The notes: a model not told the origin generated them from the sequence alone. A DNA stretch of 64,000 bases from Candidatus Multivoradales bacterium (GCA_965248055.1 CBDFIJ010000004.1:832001-896000), one strand, 5' to 3'. Positions 1 through 10,421 are shown, counted from the stretch's first letter. Numbers and translations are program-made.

Positions 1-11
1 TCCTATATTGA

Positions 12-2786
12 TCATCGACTAAACCGCCAAGTAATCCGGCCGACTTCTTCGCCCCGATAGAGCTGCCGAATGGCGAGGCTATGCCCAACTCGAAGGCCAT
101 CGGTGTTGCGTAGCTTGAAGTGGCAGCGAAAATCGATAGCAGCCGGCAGAGGCGTGCTGCCAAGAGAAAGATTCGGTTGTTTGCCCAGGTGAATAGTGGC
201 CAGGTCAGCCCCGCCGACAATTGCCTTTTGTAACCGCCCGCGTGAGAATTTATAAGCCAACGGCAAAGGTGCTTCGAACTCCACCTGGGTCTCCCAAGGC
301 AGCTTCTGGATCACTTCAAATTCAAACAAACGCGGGGCGTCCGGGGTGCCATTGATGTCGAAAGTGAGATCGACGGGTTCCTGATTGACGTCGCTTGGAA
401 CCTCAACCCCATAGACATTGCGCACGGAGACATTTCGTTGGCGACGCATCATGCGTAAGTAGCGACCCCAATGGAAGTTCAACTTATGACACGGAACCGG
501 TCCCTCCTCGCCACCCTTGTACTGCGCCACCGCTACCAAGCACTTGCGCTCGTTGATGTCAAAAGGGACCGAGTCGCTGAGCGAAAAGACATCTCCTTGC
601 GGCACATTGGAAATCGAAAGGCTAGACGCGTCGGGTGTTGAGGCAGTGGGAGGAAACTGGCGCCACCGATCCGGGGTCACTAAGGTTGACACCGGCGCCT
701 GGTAAATCTCGCACGACACCTCGGTCGCTTCTCGCAAACCACGGTTACAGACGCGGACTTGAATATTCTTCGTCCCCGGTGACTCGAGTCCAACCTCAAA
801 AACGTCCTGATTACTGAAAATACCGCGGCCAATAAAATCGTTCGACTCATCGCCATCTGCTCGCAGCAAGATGTCCGGCGAGCAGAATTTCCTCCTGCTC
901 GACTGGCCGTCGTCACCCAAATGATCTCTAAGATAGACCTGTGGCACGATACCCAACGATCGTTCTACAACTAAGCGCAGGTTGGGCATCACTCCGATCC
1001 AGCCACGCCTTCCTCTGCCTTGACGGGTTCCCGTTCGGGGCTCTGACAGCAGGGAACGCATCTGGGTTGGCGACAGTCTCTTCCACTTCTCCTCGCCGGT
1101 CGCGGGTGACGCGTTCTGAGCATAGAGGCTCTGTACCAAGGCGGCGGCGCCAGCAATCATCGGCGCAGCGCTGCTGGTCCCCGAAAAGGTATCGGTATAG
1201 GAACTGGTGTCTATTCCGTCGGAAAAATTTCCGTAACCGGCGGCCACCACACTGTCTCCCCAGCCGAAGCAATCCACCCGTCCACCGTAATTGGAATACC
1301 AGGAACGGTTGTGAGGCACCGCTGATCGAGCTGCTCCAACCAGGATCGCCCCCGAATCAACAAAATATGGGCTTCGTCGATTCAGCGAGCGACCATCTAC
1401 GGTTTCCAAGCGATCAAGGTTGAGCCAGCCATTACCGGCGGCTTCCACCACGATGATGCCGTGGGCGACCGCCAGGCGGATAGCGTCAAAAGTCAACGGG
1501 TTGACCTCTTCTGGTTGACCCGCACGTTGCACTTCGAGCAGCAATACGTCTCCCGGTTTCAGCACCGGAGTGTCTCCGGTGATCAACGCCGCGATCGCGT
1601 CCGCCACGCGTCCGCTGGAAGCTGAGGCGTCGCCGTCACCCTTCTTGTAGTGAGACGCCAGCGAAAGAGTGGCAACCCCGGAGGCAATTCCAATAACTCC
1701 GAGCTGATTATCGTGATTGCCAACCAATTGACTGGTGACGGCGGTGCCATGATCTCCCAGGTAAAGATCGGGCTCAAGGTGGCGATTATCGCCATGCTTA
1801 AGTAACGGATTGGGCAGGTCCTCATGACCCGGAATCCAACCCTGCTCAATGTCGGCGAGGCCGATTCTCACCGCGTTGGAGGCCAGATGAGCTCGGGCCC
1901 AACGCACCCCCAAACCTAATGGAGCTTCATCTAAGTACAACTGGAAATCGGACAGCTCTTCAGCAGAAGGCTCTTCGCCAGCTCCAGAGCCAGGTAGGTG
2001 GTCGGGGTCAGAGGCCTCGAACTCGCGGTACGCCAGATCCACGACACTCAAAGCGTTTAGCTGCTCAACTAGATGATCTGCGACGGCGTCACTCGAATGC
2101 GGTAACCCGTGTTCAGGAAGCACTTCATTACCGTTCGCTTCAATCGGCGGCAGGTTGCGTGCGTTGAGCCGCCAATAGGACCACAGACTGTGGCGAGGCG
2201 GAAAATTACTGCTAATCGCCTTGCGCTCCAGTTCATTGAGAGATCCCCCCAACTCCGAACCACAAGCCGCATCATCGAGATCGGCGCCCGGACCACCAGC
2301 TCGATCAGTCGTAATCGCTCGCCCAAAATCTGGCTGACCAAATCGTTCTAGAACGGTTTCCAGCTCGGCCAAAGCGAGCAAGGTTGCGCTTTCCGAGGTT
2401 GGAATCAGGGGTGAGAGACGGACGATGACATCGCCACTGTAGCGTTGCTCCAAAACTGGAATGCCTGTGTTCTCGGTTCCGATCGGTTTGGGAGGGCCTA
2501 GTTGCGCAATGCGGAGGGCCTGCGTGTGCCCCTGACAATGAGCGTCATCAAAATCGGGGTCATCAGGGGGGAGATCACGATCAGGGTCTGGCGGTCGTGG
2601 ATCGTCGGGCGGGAGATCACGCTCGGGATCTGGAGGACTTGGATCGTCAGGTGGGAGATCACGCTCAGGATCTGGAGACCTTGGATCGTCAGGTGGGAGA
2701 TCACGCTCAGGGTCTGGAGGACTTGGATCATCAGGTTCGATATTCCTGCCAAGAAGCCCGAACCTCGCGCCTTGCTGTTTACTCAT
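12..2786 (-). CDS. S8 (subtilisin-like) serine peptidase with N-terminal Asp/Pro tandem repeat and C-terminal beta-rich domain
   Basis: Catalytic motifs IGLADIEQG (Asp), GDHGTAV (His), AAGNG (oxyanion Asn), FSGTSSAAP (Ser). Start moved to ATG 2786 behind RBS AAGGAGGAG. No signal peptide. Confidence 0.9.
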   Translation of the reverse strand: MSKQQGARFGLLGRNIEPDDPSPPDPERDLPPDDPRSPDPERDLPPDDPSPPDPERDLPPDDPRPPDPDRDLPPDDPDFDDAHCQGHTQALRIAQLGPPKPIGTENTGIPVLEQRYSGDVIVRLSPLIPTSESATLLALAELETVLERFGQPDFGRAITTDRAGGPGADLDDAACGSELGGSLNELERKAISSNFPPRHSLWSYWRLNARNLPPIEANGNEVLPEHGLPHSSDAVADHLVEQLNALSVVDLAYREFEASDPDHLPGSGAGEEPSAEELSDFQLYLDEAPLGLGVRWARAHLASNAVRIGLADIEQGWIPGHEDLPNPLLKHGDNRHLEPDLYLGDHGTAVTSQLVGNHDNQLGVIGIASGVATLSLASHYKKGDGDASASSGRVADAIAALITGDTPVLKPGDVLLLEVQRAGQPEEVNPLTFDAIRLAVAHGIIVVEAAGNGWLNLDRLETVDGRSLNRRSPYFVDSGAILVGAARSAVPHNRSWYSNYGGRVDCFGWGDSVVAAGYGNFSDGIDTSSYTDTFSGTSSAAPMIAGAAALVQSLYAQNASPATGEEKWKRLSPTQMRSLLSEPRTGTRQGRGRRGWIGVMPNLRLVVERSLGIVPQVYLRDHLGDDGQSSRRKFCSPDILLRADGDESNDFIGRGIFSNQDVFEVGLESPGTKNIQVRVCNRGLREATEVSCEIYQAPVSTLVTPDRWRQFPPTASTPDASSLSISNVPQGDVFSLSDSVPFDINERKCLVAVAQYKGGEEGPVPCHKLNFHWGRYLRMMRRQRNVSVRNVYGVEVPSDVNQEPVDLTFDINGTPDAPRLFEFEVIQKLPWETQVEFEAPLPLAYKFSRGRLQKAIVGGADLATIHLGKQPNLSLGSTPLPAAIDFRCHFKLRNTDGLRVGHSLAIRQLYRGEEVGRITWRFSR
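2556..2735 (-). repeat. 42-bp coding tandem repeat, about 4.3 copies (PDDP[S/R][P/S]PDP[E/D]RDLP)
   Basis: Directly visible in DNA and translation. Confidence 0.95.
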
Positions 2787-2853
2787 GATTCTCCTCCTTC
2801 TAGGTTGATACTTGCTCCGACGTACCAATAGATCCCTAACGCAATCGGCAGGT

Positions 2854-5800
2854 TTACTCGCTGGCCGGAAACATTGCTAGATACTCACCTTGCAAGACCA
2901 AGCCGGCCCAGTAGTAGGGCGCCCGTTGCTCGCGCCACAAGGAGATCTGCGCCGCCCGTAGCGCCGCAGAAGGCGAAGAACCAACCACAAACAGCTCTCG
3001 ATAGAACCGCTCCATCAGCTCGGCCGTGCTCCGGTCTTCGACACTCCAGAGGCCTGCGACCACACGCTGGGCGCCTGCGTATGTCAATGCCCGGGTCATC
3101 CCCACCAAGCCTTCGCCTTTGACCTCTTTTCCCAACGCGGTGCGGCAGCCACTCAAGACAACCAGATCCGCCGACAGACGCAGATTGTAGAGTTCGTGAG
3201 CGCGCAGAAAACCATCCTGGTCTGCACCGCTACGGTCGACCAGGGAAAAGACGATGCCAGAGAGGCCAGGGCGGTTGGAGTCAAGGACCGCGTGGGTCGC
3301 TAGGTGGATGATTCGATAGTCGGCTAGCACACCATCCAAGACCAGTTTCTTGGTGGCCTCGAAATCGAATGCTTGAAAAGACGATCCTCTCGGCGCGATA
3401 GCCAAAATGGAGTTCGCCTCCCGACGCGAAAAAGGTAGCCGCTGGTATTCACCGGCACCGCTAACCTCGATCGGTCTGGTGCCTTGTGTCCGACTACGAG
3501 GGGCAGTTGCAGCTGAGACTCCATCCAGCCGTCGATCCGCCTGCGAAAAGACCGGATCAGCTATCACAGCGACGACTCCCTTAGGACGCGGCCGTCCTTC
3601 GGTCTCTTTGCGCTGGAGGGCGAGGGTCGACGCCGATGGTAGATAAGTTGTTTGGTTGGCCAGCAACAGAGGCCGGGCTGCCCAACACTGTCCGAGATCC
3701 CTCGGGTCGGCCAGGGCGCCAAACGGCAGATACTGGAGGGCGCCGTGGGCGACGATCACCAGTTGATTGTCTTTGAGGCGGTCGGCGATTGGCTGGACCA
3801 GGATCCGACTCAAGTCGCAGAGGGCATCCTGTACGGCTCGTCGAGCTTCCGGACGATGGCTGGTCGCCAGCAACCGATGGGTGCGCATTACCTTCCGTTC
3901 CAGTTCCTCCCTGCCGGGCAATTCGAAGCTGGAAAGAGAGTGCGGCGACACGAGAAAGAGGAAGCTGCGTTCAACGCCTAGCCAGTACTCGAGCAGGAGA
4001 GTCTCTTTGCCCAGGACCGATCCCCTTATTTCGTCAAGGGCGAGGGTCTGCGGTTGTGTTAGCGCGGCATAGTGGGGGCTTTTACGTCGTATCTTGGCTC
4101 GCAACTGGCCAAGCTCGTCGAGTAGCCGCCGTACTTCCCTTGTGGCCCCGGCGCGCTCTTCGTCACTCCGCCTTCGATCCTGATAGAGATTCAGGCGATA
4201 TCGCTCGGCGACATTGACCGCGTTCTGCAACTCCAGTTCGTGTTCGACCAAGCCGGGATCTACACCCGCGCGGACCTCCGCCCCAGACTCATCGAGCAGA
4301 TCCAACAGCCCACGCGCTCGAGCACGCTCGCTCGCCGCCAATGCTTTTGCATCGTGGCCAGCCGACGGCATCAGCCGGTGCAAATCCATCTGCAAGTCAA
4401 TGTAGAACTCAAAGTAGGGCTGCGCTCGGGCGAAGAAGGAGTGGCTCAGATCATCGCTAAAGCTCCTGGGCCGGACTGACTCCATGAGCTCAATAGCCGC
4501 CTCAACGGCCGTGACCGCCCCGGACAGCTCTCCGCGGCGCCTCTCGGACCCTGCCAATCCCAACAAACTCTCAGCTTCGCCAGTGAGATCCCCAACCTGC
4601 CGACAGAGCTTGAGTGACTGCGTGTACAACGAGAACGCTTCGTCGGGGTTGGTGAGGGCGCCTAAATTGCGCAGCAGGCGCGACTCCGCCACCGGCGACC
4701 AAGTGGCCCCTAAACGTAAGAGTTCGAGGGCTTTCCGGTACAAGTCCGCCGCCTCGCCCTGCTCGCCCAAAGCCTGTCGTAGCTCGCCTAGGCTGGTCAG
4801 GATCGCTACTTGCCCGCTGCTATGCCCGGTCTCGCGCCGTAACTCAAGCGCATCGTTGAAGTCCCGTTCCGCAGTTCCTAGATTGCCGAGTACGAGAAAC
4901 AGCCGGCCCCGCTGGTGGATCGAAGCTGCGCGGCCGTTGCTGTTGCCCAGTTTCGCCCAGGTTGCTTCCGCTTCGTTGAAGTGATCCAAGGCCGAATTGG
5001 TTTTCCCCATGGTCCTATAGAGCAGACCCATCTGGTGGAGGGTTCGTGCGCTGGCGGCGGGATTAGCACCGCTCTGCAACAGCCGCCGCGCTTCGCTGTA
5101 TTGTTCCAACGCGGCAGTAACTTGGTCGAGCGCTTGATACGTCTGAGCCAAGTTGACTAAAGTTGTTTCGCGCCAAGCACTTCGGTCTTCAGAAAGGAGT
5201 CCCAGCTGGCGCTGGAAAACTTCCAACGCTCCGCGCGCATCGCCAACCAGATAAAGAGACGTTCCCAATCCCTTGAGCGCGAGCCATTGCCCAGGAGTGT
5301 CACCCGCTTCCCGAAAGCATAGGTCACTTTCACGGTATTTTTCTATGGCTTCACGCCACCTGCCTAACCTCTTGGCGACGAAGCCAATGCGTTCCAGCGT
5401 CTCAGCCCGCCAAAAAACATCGTCCACTTCCCGCCATATTCCAAGCGCCCAGCGATAGCTTTCCTCGGCAGCATCGTAGTCACCTACTAGACTTAGTTCT
5501 TCGCCCCGCTCAACTGCCTTCGCCGCGTCAACCCGGGCCCGGTCTGAAGCCGTCGCTTTCCGCAAGTCGGCTACATTCACTTGGTAGATACCCTTACCTG
5601 GATTCTCGTTGAAGCTTCGCACTTCGATTTGATAAATGCCTTGCTGCACCACGAGTCCAAGCAGTGGCTCATACCCGTGACCTCCAATCGGACGGTCGAT
5701 ACTCCTCGCTACCGCCTCACCTCGTGGATCAAACAAAGTGGTGACCACGTCGATACCGCGCTGGTCAACGACCACCTCAATGAAGTGATCGGCCCTCAAG

Positions 5801-6015
5801 TCGAGAGCGTAGAAATGGACCTCCCCGGGAGCGATTTCGCGCTCGATCGGCTGACCCATCTCCAGAACTGAAACCAACGAGCCCTCCGGACTGTCGGAAC
5901 CGGACTCCGGGTCAGGATCTTCAACCGGCTGGCAGGACAGTGTGTAACAAGCTAGGAGGACGATTGCCGCTAGTGCATGCTTAGTTCCGCCAATAAATCT
6001 CTGTGGAATGATCAT
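2854..6015 (-). CDS. CHAT-domain (caspase-like) protease with PPC-like domain and TPR array, probably exported or lipid-anchored
   Basis: CHAT motifs IHLATHA (His), LVVLSGCRTALG (Cys), SLW-like GLWSVED, PYYWAG; TPR repeats; hydrophobic LAAIVLLAC..LSC near N-terminus. Start uncertain (ORF extends to 6147). Confidence 0.9.
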   Translation of the reverse strand: MIIPQRFIGGTKHALAAIVLLACYTLSCQPVEDPDPESGSDSPEGSLVSVLEMGQPIEREIAPGEVHFYALDLRADHFIEVVVDQRGIDVVTTLFDPRGEAVARSIDRPIGGHGYEPLLGLVVQQGIYQIEVRSFNENPGKGIYQVNVADLRKATASDRARVDAAKAVERGEELSLVGDYDAAEESYRWALGIWREVDDVFWRAETLERIGFVAKRLGRWREAIEKYRESDLCFREAGDTPGQWLALKGLGTSLYLVGDARGALEVFQRQLGLLSEDRSAWRETTLVNLAQTYQALDQVTAALEQYSEARRLLQSGANPAASARTLHQMGLLYRTMGKTNSALDHFNEAEATWAKLGNSNGRAASIHQRGRLFLVLGNLGTAERDFNDALELRRETGHSSGQVAILTSLGELRQALGEQGEAADLYRKALELLRLGATWSPVAESRLLRNLGALTNPDEAFSLYTQSLKLCRQVGDLTGEAESLLGLAGSERRRGELSGAVTAVEAAIELMESVRPRSFSDDLSHSFFARAQPYFEFYIDLQMDLHRLMPSAGHDAKALAASERARARGLLDLLDESGAEVRAGVDPGLVEHELELQNAVNVAERYRLNLYQDRRRSDEERAGATREVRRLLDELGQLRAKIRRKSPHYAALTQPQTLALDEIRGSVLGKETLLLEYWLGVERSFLFLVSPHSLSSFELPGREELERKVMRTHRLLATSHRPEARRAVQDALCDLSRILVQPIADRLKDNQLVIVAHGALQYLPFGALADPRDLGQCWAARPLLLANQTTYLPSASTLALQRKETEGRPRPKGVVAVIADPVFSQADRRLDGVSAATAPRSRTQGTRPIEVSGAGEYQRLPFSRREANSILAIAPRGSSFQAFDFEATKKLVLDGVLADYRIIHLATHAVLDSNRPGLSGIVFSLVDRSGADQDGFLRAHELYNLRLSADLVVLSGCRTALGKEVKGEGLVGMTRALTYAGAQRVVAGLWSVEDRSTAELMERFYRELFVVGSSPSAALRAAQISLWREQRAPYYWAGLVLQGEYLAMFPASE

Positions 6016-6453
6016 TTCCGTCCAGTTGTGCAATCGTCTTTCGCCTGCAGCCGCAGATCTAACTCTCTTGTTGCTCCTTCTCCCAACACTAAACCGAATT
6101 GTCAGCTCCTTGTCAACAGACCCGGCACCCATCCGTTTGCGAACCATATTGCGATGCGGTGCATTGCCGGAGACAGACTCAGGGCTGGTGAGAAGGTGGC
6201 TTCGCTTTTCGACCCCAACGATCCGAAATGGATCCGTCCCAAAGTCAACCTCCCACCCAATGATCCATAGAAGTAGGCATCAGCTGAAGAGTAGCCACTA
6301 ATTCATAGACAGAGGAGACAGCATGAAGTAAGAACTGATCTTAGAGCCGGCGAGGGGGACGAGCGATTTCTCGAACCCGACGACCGTTAGACGAAGTCGC
6401 ATCCAAGCGCCTATTTTGCAAGTTCCTAAGATGTCGCTCTCTTTTCTTGGGAA

Positions 6454-7233
6454 CTACCTATCAAGGATCTGCAGTGAGGTTTCGATAATGGTTTCTTTGC
6501 CGCCATCAACGGTTCCTTCGATCCGCACGCTGTAGTCCCCTGGTGGTAGTAGCTCTCGCGGCAGCCGCATTCTGAGTGTCGCTTCTTCGCTTAGTCCGAG
6601 GCCACTGGCACGCCACACTGCGCCTCTCTTTCTAGACGTCACCGTCGCGGAAAAATTGGAGAAAGTATCCGGTGTACTTGGGATCGCAATCAAAAGAACA
6701 AAGGGTTGATCGGCGGAAAGTTCAGCGGTGACCCCGGACGGTTCACTCCGGGTGACCTCATCCAGATAAATAATCGGCGGGTTGACCTGTGGTTGAGTCA
6801 GATCTGCCACCTGCTGCCGCAGATTCGAAGTCGTTTGTCGCAACTGGCTCACGGAAAACAACAAACCCACAGTCGCCACCAGCAACGAAGCCGCGATCGC
6901 CTCACGCCAGCCAAAGCTCCGCACCGGCACCGCAGGTTCGGAGGCAGTCAGCCTGGCTTGGAAATCGCGCCAAGCCGCCTCTAACATAAAATCAGCTAGC
7001 TCGCCGGATGCCTCATCCGGGAACACCAAACACTCTAGATCGAGCACCTTCTGGGCGCATTCTTTGCAGCCAGCCAAATGATCTTGCACCAAGCCGTCGG
7101 CTTCCGAGCTGAGTTCGCTCGCTAGGTATTCGACCAGAGTGTCAGCCTCTGGATGCTCTCCGGCTCGGCCGGTGGCGTCCTCTACCAGAAGGCGGCGAAA
7201 GGCTTCGGTGTCAGTGCTGTGATGAGTTGACAT
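6454..7233 (-). CDS. zf-HC2 membrane anti-sigma factor
   Basis: HLAGCKEC (HxxxCxxC), TM helix AIAASLLVATVGLLFSV, C-terminal Ig-like ..LLPPGDYSVRIEG; directly downstream of ECF sigma; RBS GAGGA before ATG 7233. Confidence 0.88.
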   Translation of the reverse strand: MSTHHSTDTEAFRRLLVEDATGRAGEHPEADTLVEYLASELSSEADGLVQDHLAGCKECAQKVLDLECLVFPDEASGELADFMLEAAWRDFQARLTASEPAVPVRSFGWREAIAASLLVATVGLLFSVSQLRQTTSNLRQQVADLTQPQVNPPIIYLDEVTRSEPSGVTAELSADQPFVLLIAIPSTPDTFSNFSATVTSRKRGAVWRASGLGLSEEATLRMRLPRELLPPGDYSVRIEGTVDGGKETIIETSLQILDR

Positions 7234-7247
7234 ACAGTTCCTCAAAT

Positions 7248-7901
7248 TCAGTCCGGCAGATCCACGGAGTACGGCCCAAGGCTCTCTTGGAGTCTAGCTT
7301 TCGCCTGCGATAGGTGTGCTTTTACCGTGCCTATCTTGAGTTTCATGACGGTCGCAATCTCTTGATAGCTAAGGTCGTGATAGATACGAAGCGTCAGACA
7401 CCGGCGCATTTGGTCCGGCAATTCTTGAATGGCATCTCGCATGGTCTGCTTTCGTTCGTCTCTCAGGACATCATCCAGTTGGTCGGCAGGTACTTGCGTC
7501 GCCTCGTAGGCAAATCCGAGTTCATCGTGTGGTACTTCCTGGCCAGTTCTTTTCGCCGTAGACCCGGTTCTCAATCTCTTCAAGTAAGTGGTCGTTGCGA
7601 TTTGATAGAGCCAAGATTCGAATCGATCCTCATTGCGGAGCCCCCTTAACCCCTTATAGATCCCAAGAAAGGTCTCTTGGGTTAGGTCCATCGCGTCGGT
7701 TGTATTAAACCCCTTGCGAGCAAAAAACCGCTGTAACGGCCGATAGTAGATCTCGAACAGAGCCCTAAATGGGTCGTCAGGGTTGTCGCCGGTGCGTAGT
7801 TGTCGTACCAGTGTTGTCGCGTGCTTCCTGCGTGCGGCGGTAGCAGCCCCAGCTCCCCCTGAATCCCTACTACTGCTTGAATCAGACTCCGTCCACTTCA
7901 C
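7248..7901 (-). CDS. ECF RNA polymerase sigma factor
   Basis: Region 2 DAMDLTQETF..FESWLYQIA and region 4 LPDQMRRCL..LSYQEIA..GTVKAHLSQA. Likely GTG start at 7901 behind GGAGAGGA. Confidence 0.93.
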   Translation of the reverse strand: MKWTESDSSSSRDSGGAGAATAARRKHATTLVRQLRTGDNPDDPFRALFEIYYRPLQRFFARKGFNTTDAMDLTQETFLGIYKGLRGLRNEDRFESWLYQIATTTYLKRLRTGSTAKRTGQEVPHDELGFAYEATQVPADQLDDVLRDERKQTMRDAIQELPDQMRRCLTLRIYHDLSYQEIATVMKLKIGTVKAHLSQAKARLQESLGPYSVDLPD

Positions 7902-7949
7902 CGGATTCCTCTCCCAACACTCGTGTTGCGTGTGCCTCTGTCCGCAGCG

Positions 7950-7958
7950 GTTATACCA
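7950..7958 (-). promoter_or_regulatory. Putative extended -10 promoter (TGgTATAAC) for the ECF operon
   Basis: Minus-strand TGTGGTATAAC about 50 bp upstream of the ECF start. Confidence 0.45.
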
Positions 7959-8156
7959 CACAGGCTCCAAACTCGCAGTTGTGCGGAAAACACTCTGGAC
8001 ATCACCAAATGACGACTTCGATACCAGATTCAATTCGGCCGAACGTCATCACTTGGCAACCTCGCTCAACCCCAATCGCGCTGAAGGCCTCAATAACTAG
8101 GCTATCCGGGCAGTATTGGCTGCCGGTATACTTCGGTCGCTCAGGAACCCTCTCCC

Positions 8157-10415
8157 ATGAATAGCACTACCCGATTGGTTCTCTGCTCCCTCAGTCTGGT
8201 GTTAGTGCTGTTTCCGCTCACCGCGGCCCAGCCTGGGCAGCCCCCGACCCTGAAAGCCGACGAACCGGCTTATTTCTTGATGTCTTTGAGTCTTGCTGAA
8301 GACGGAGATTTGGTGGCCGACTCCGACGATATCCGCCGTGCGTTTGACCATTACCCATATCTTCCGGTCGCCAACCTAATCCTTATGTCTCCCGACCGCT
8401 GGGAAACCACATACTTTGGTAAGCCATATATCTATTCTTTTTTTGCCACTCCGTTCGCTGCTCTATTTGGCAGTAACGGTTTCAAGTCTTTCAACATGTT
8501 GATGCTGGTCGCCATGGTGTGGATGGGCACATCGTATCTACGAAAGTACAACTCGGACGGGGTTGCAGCGCTCTACTCGACTCTATTTTTCGTTCTCAGC
8601 CCGGCGTTCGCCTACGTGTTTTGGATCCACCCCGAGATCTTCAACATGTTCTCGATCGCCGCGTGCTTGTACTTGGCATTTCACCAACCGGAGACCTCGG
8701 AAACACCAAACCGCTTAAGCCTTCCAAGGCGCCTGTGGGGAACTGTCACCGGCGCCAGTGCACGACCGTGGTGGTCCGGGGCAGCCCTAGCCCTGGCGAC
8801 CTACAACAAGCCGATGCTAGGACTGATGGGGGTCCCGGCTCTGTTCTACGTGTTTCGCAAGCGCGGCTGGAAGTCCGCGACCGGTTGGATTGCCGGGGCG
8901 GCTCTAGCCATGACTTTGATCGCTGGCATCTCGGTGGCCTACACCGGCAAGCCGAGCGCCTACCTAGGGGTTGCTCGCGGTGGTATCAACATTCTCAAAC
9001 CGGAAGACTACGAGACCTCGATCCGCAACGTACGCCTGGCCACCGCCGCCCACAGAGACGAAAAAGCCCCCAATTCCTGGCACTGGATGTTTCGAGTGCC
9101 CGATGTCAAAGCCAACAAATTTCTCACCGATGTCCGCTACTTTCTGTTTGGAAGGCACACCGGCCTAGTGCCCTACATGCCTTTTGCCGTGCTCTCGGTC
9201 CTGTTTTTCCTATTTCAAGGGCGTGGATCGCGCGCCCGTTGGTTGACGCTAGGGTCCTTGGCCCTGGTAGCCCTAGTTTTTCTACTATGGATACCGTTCA
9301 ATTGGCACGGTGGTGGCGGCTTCGTCGGTAATCGCTACTACGTCAACGTCTACCCGGCATTCTTGTTCTTAGTGACCGCGATACGCCCTCTGTCTCTTTC
9401 CCTCGTTGGTACCGGCTTCGCCACCCTGCTTCTGGGTTCGATTTTGTTCAACCCTTGGGGTCTCCCCGTTCCCCACCCAACCCTGCAGTCCCATACCCGT
9501 GGCGGCCTATTTCGTTATTTTCCGCTCGAACTTTCGCTCCACAGCCGAATTTCCGGCTATTCCGTATTTGGCAGTAATGAAGTGGGCATTATCGGTCGCA
9601 AGGACGTCTTCAAACAGGTTGACGAACTGGAAGGGGTATTTTGGACCCGAGGCGGAGCGACCGCCGAAGTTTGGGTTTTCGCCAATGACCCATTGGGAAA
9701 ACTGTATTTTGACGTACAGAGCTGGGCCCCCACCAACCGCATCATCCTCAAACTGGGGCGTTCTAAGGAAGTACTCGACTTTGTCGACATGGAGCGCAAT
9801 TCGGAGCACGTACGCACCGTAGGTCTGACGCCATCACGACCGGTGGTCGTCACCAGTGCCAACGGCAAGAAAAAACACTATTACTACAAACTCCTGGTGA
9901 CTTCGGATACCGGAATTCACGAAGGCGGCAACATGGTCTTGGCGAAAGTCGACCCGTTGTTCTATGTCGGTGCATCGCTGACATACCTGGGCGCAGAAGA
10001 ACCAGGACCACGCGACCAAGACTTCAGGGTCAGTTGGCAAAAATGCGAGATCCCGAAGCGCCTCGCCACCGGGTCTCGCAGCCGAATCGACATTCGTGCC
10101 ACCAACGTTGGCAAGCGCACTTGGCAAGCTCTGGGCGAGACCCCAGTGCGTCTTACCTACCATTGGCTTGATGGTGATGGGAATCCTGTCCGCATGCCGG
10201 ACCAACCGCGACCCAAACTGCGGCGCAATGTGCCCCCTGGCGGTGTCGTGCTGAAAACGCTGACCGTCTACGCTCCGGAGAAACCCGGACGTCATACTTT
10301 GGTATTTGAGGGTGCTCGTAGACACCTCGGATGGTTTCCACGCCACGAAGGAGGTTCCTGTGCGAGCGATGTGGTGGTCTACCGAGATCCCGGCGGCAAG
10401 TCAGCTACTCAATAG
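8157..10415 (+). CDS. Polytopic membrane protein, GT-C/PMT-like glycosyltransferase, with C-terminal Ig-like domain
   Basis: Many TM helices, KADEPAY loop motif, WHGGGGFVGNRY, C-terminal VRLTYHWLD..APEKPGRHTLVF Ig-like domain. Confidence 0.65.
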   Translation: MNSTTRLVLCSLSLVLVLFPLTAAQPGQPPTLKADEPAYFLMSLSLAEDGDLVADSDDIRRAFDHYPYLPVANLILMSPDRWETTYFGKPYIYSFFATPFAALFGSNGFKSFNMLMLVAMVWMGTSYLRKYNSDGVAALYSTLFFVLSPAFAYVFWIHPEIFNMFSIAACLYLAFHQPETSETPNRLSLPRRLWGTVTGASARPWWSGAALALATYNKPMLGLMGVPALFYVFRKRGWKSATGWIAGAALAMTLIAGISVAYTGKPSAYLGVARGGINILKPEDYETSIRNVRLATAAHRDEKAPNSWHWMFRVPDVKANKFLTDVRYFLFGRHTGLVPYMPFAVLSVLFFLFQGRGSRARWLTLGSLALVALVFLLWIPFNWHGGGGFVGNRYYVNVYPAFLFLVTAIRPLSLSLVGTGFATLLLGSILFNPWGLPVPHPTLQSHTRGGLFRYFPLELSLHSRISGYSVFGSNEVGIIGRKDVFKQVDELEGVFWTRGGATAEVWVFANDPLGKLYFDVQSWAPTNRIILKLGRSKEVLDFVDMERNSEHVRTVGLTPSRPVVVTSANGKKKHYYYKLLVTSDTGIHEGGNMVLAKVDPLFYVGASLTYLGAEEPGPRDQDFRVSWQKCEIPKRLATGSRSRIDIRATNVGKRTWQALGETPVRLTYHWLDGDGNPVRMPDQPRPKLRRNVPPGGVVLKTLTVYAPEKPGRHTLVFEGARRHLGWFPRHEGGSCASDVVVYRDPGGKSATQ

Positions 10416-10421
10416 ATCAAT

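Noticed and set aside
2556-2735. Possible CRISPR or non-coding repeat
   Set aside because: 42-bp period keeps frame inside a CDS and has no spacers.
6148-6453. Small peptide gene or ECF promoter between anti-sigma and CHAT
   Set aside because: No ORF with a convincing start and RBS; GGAACTT and CGTCTAA are 26 bp apart, too far for an ECF promoter.
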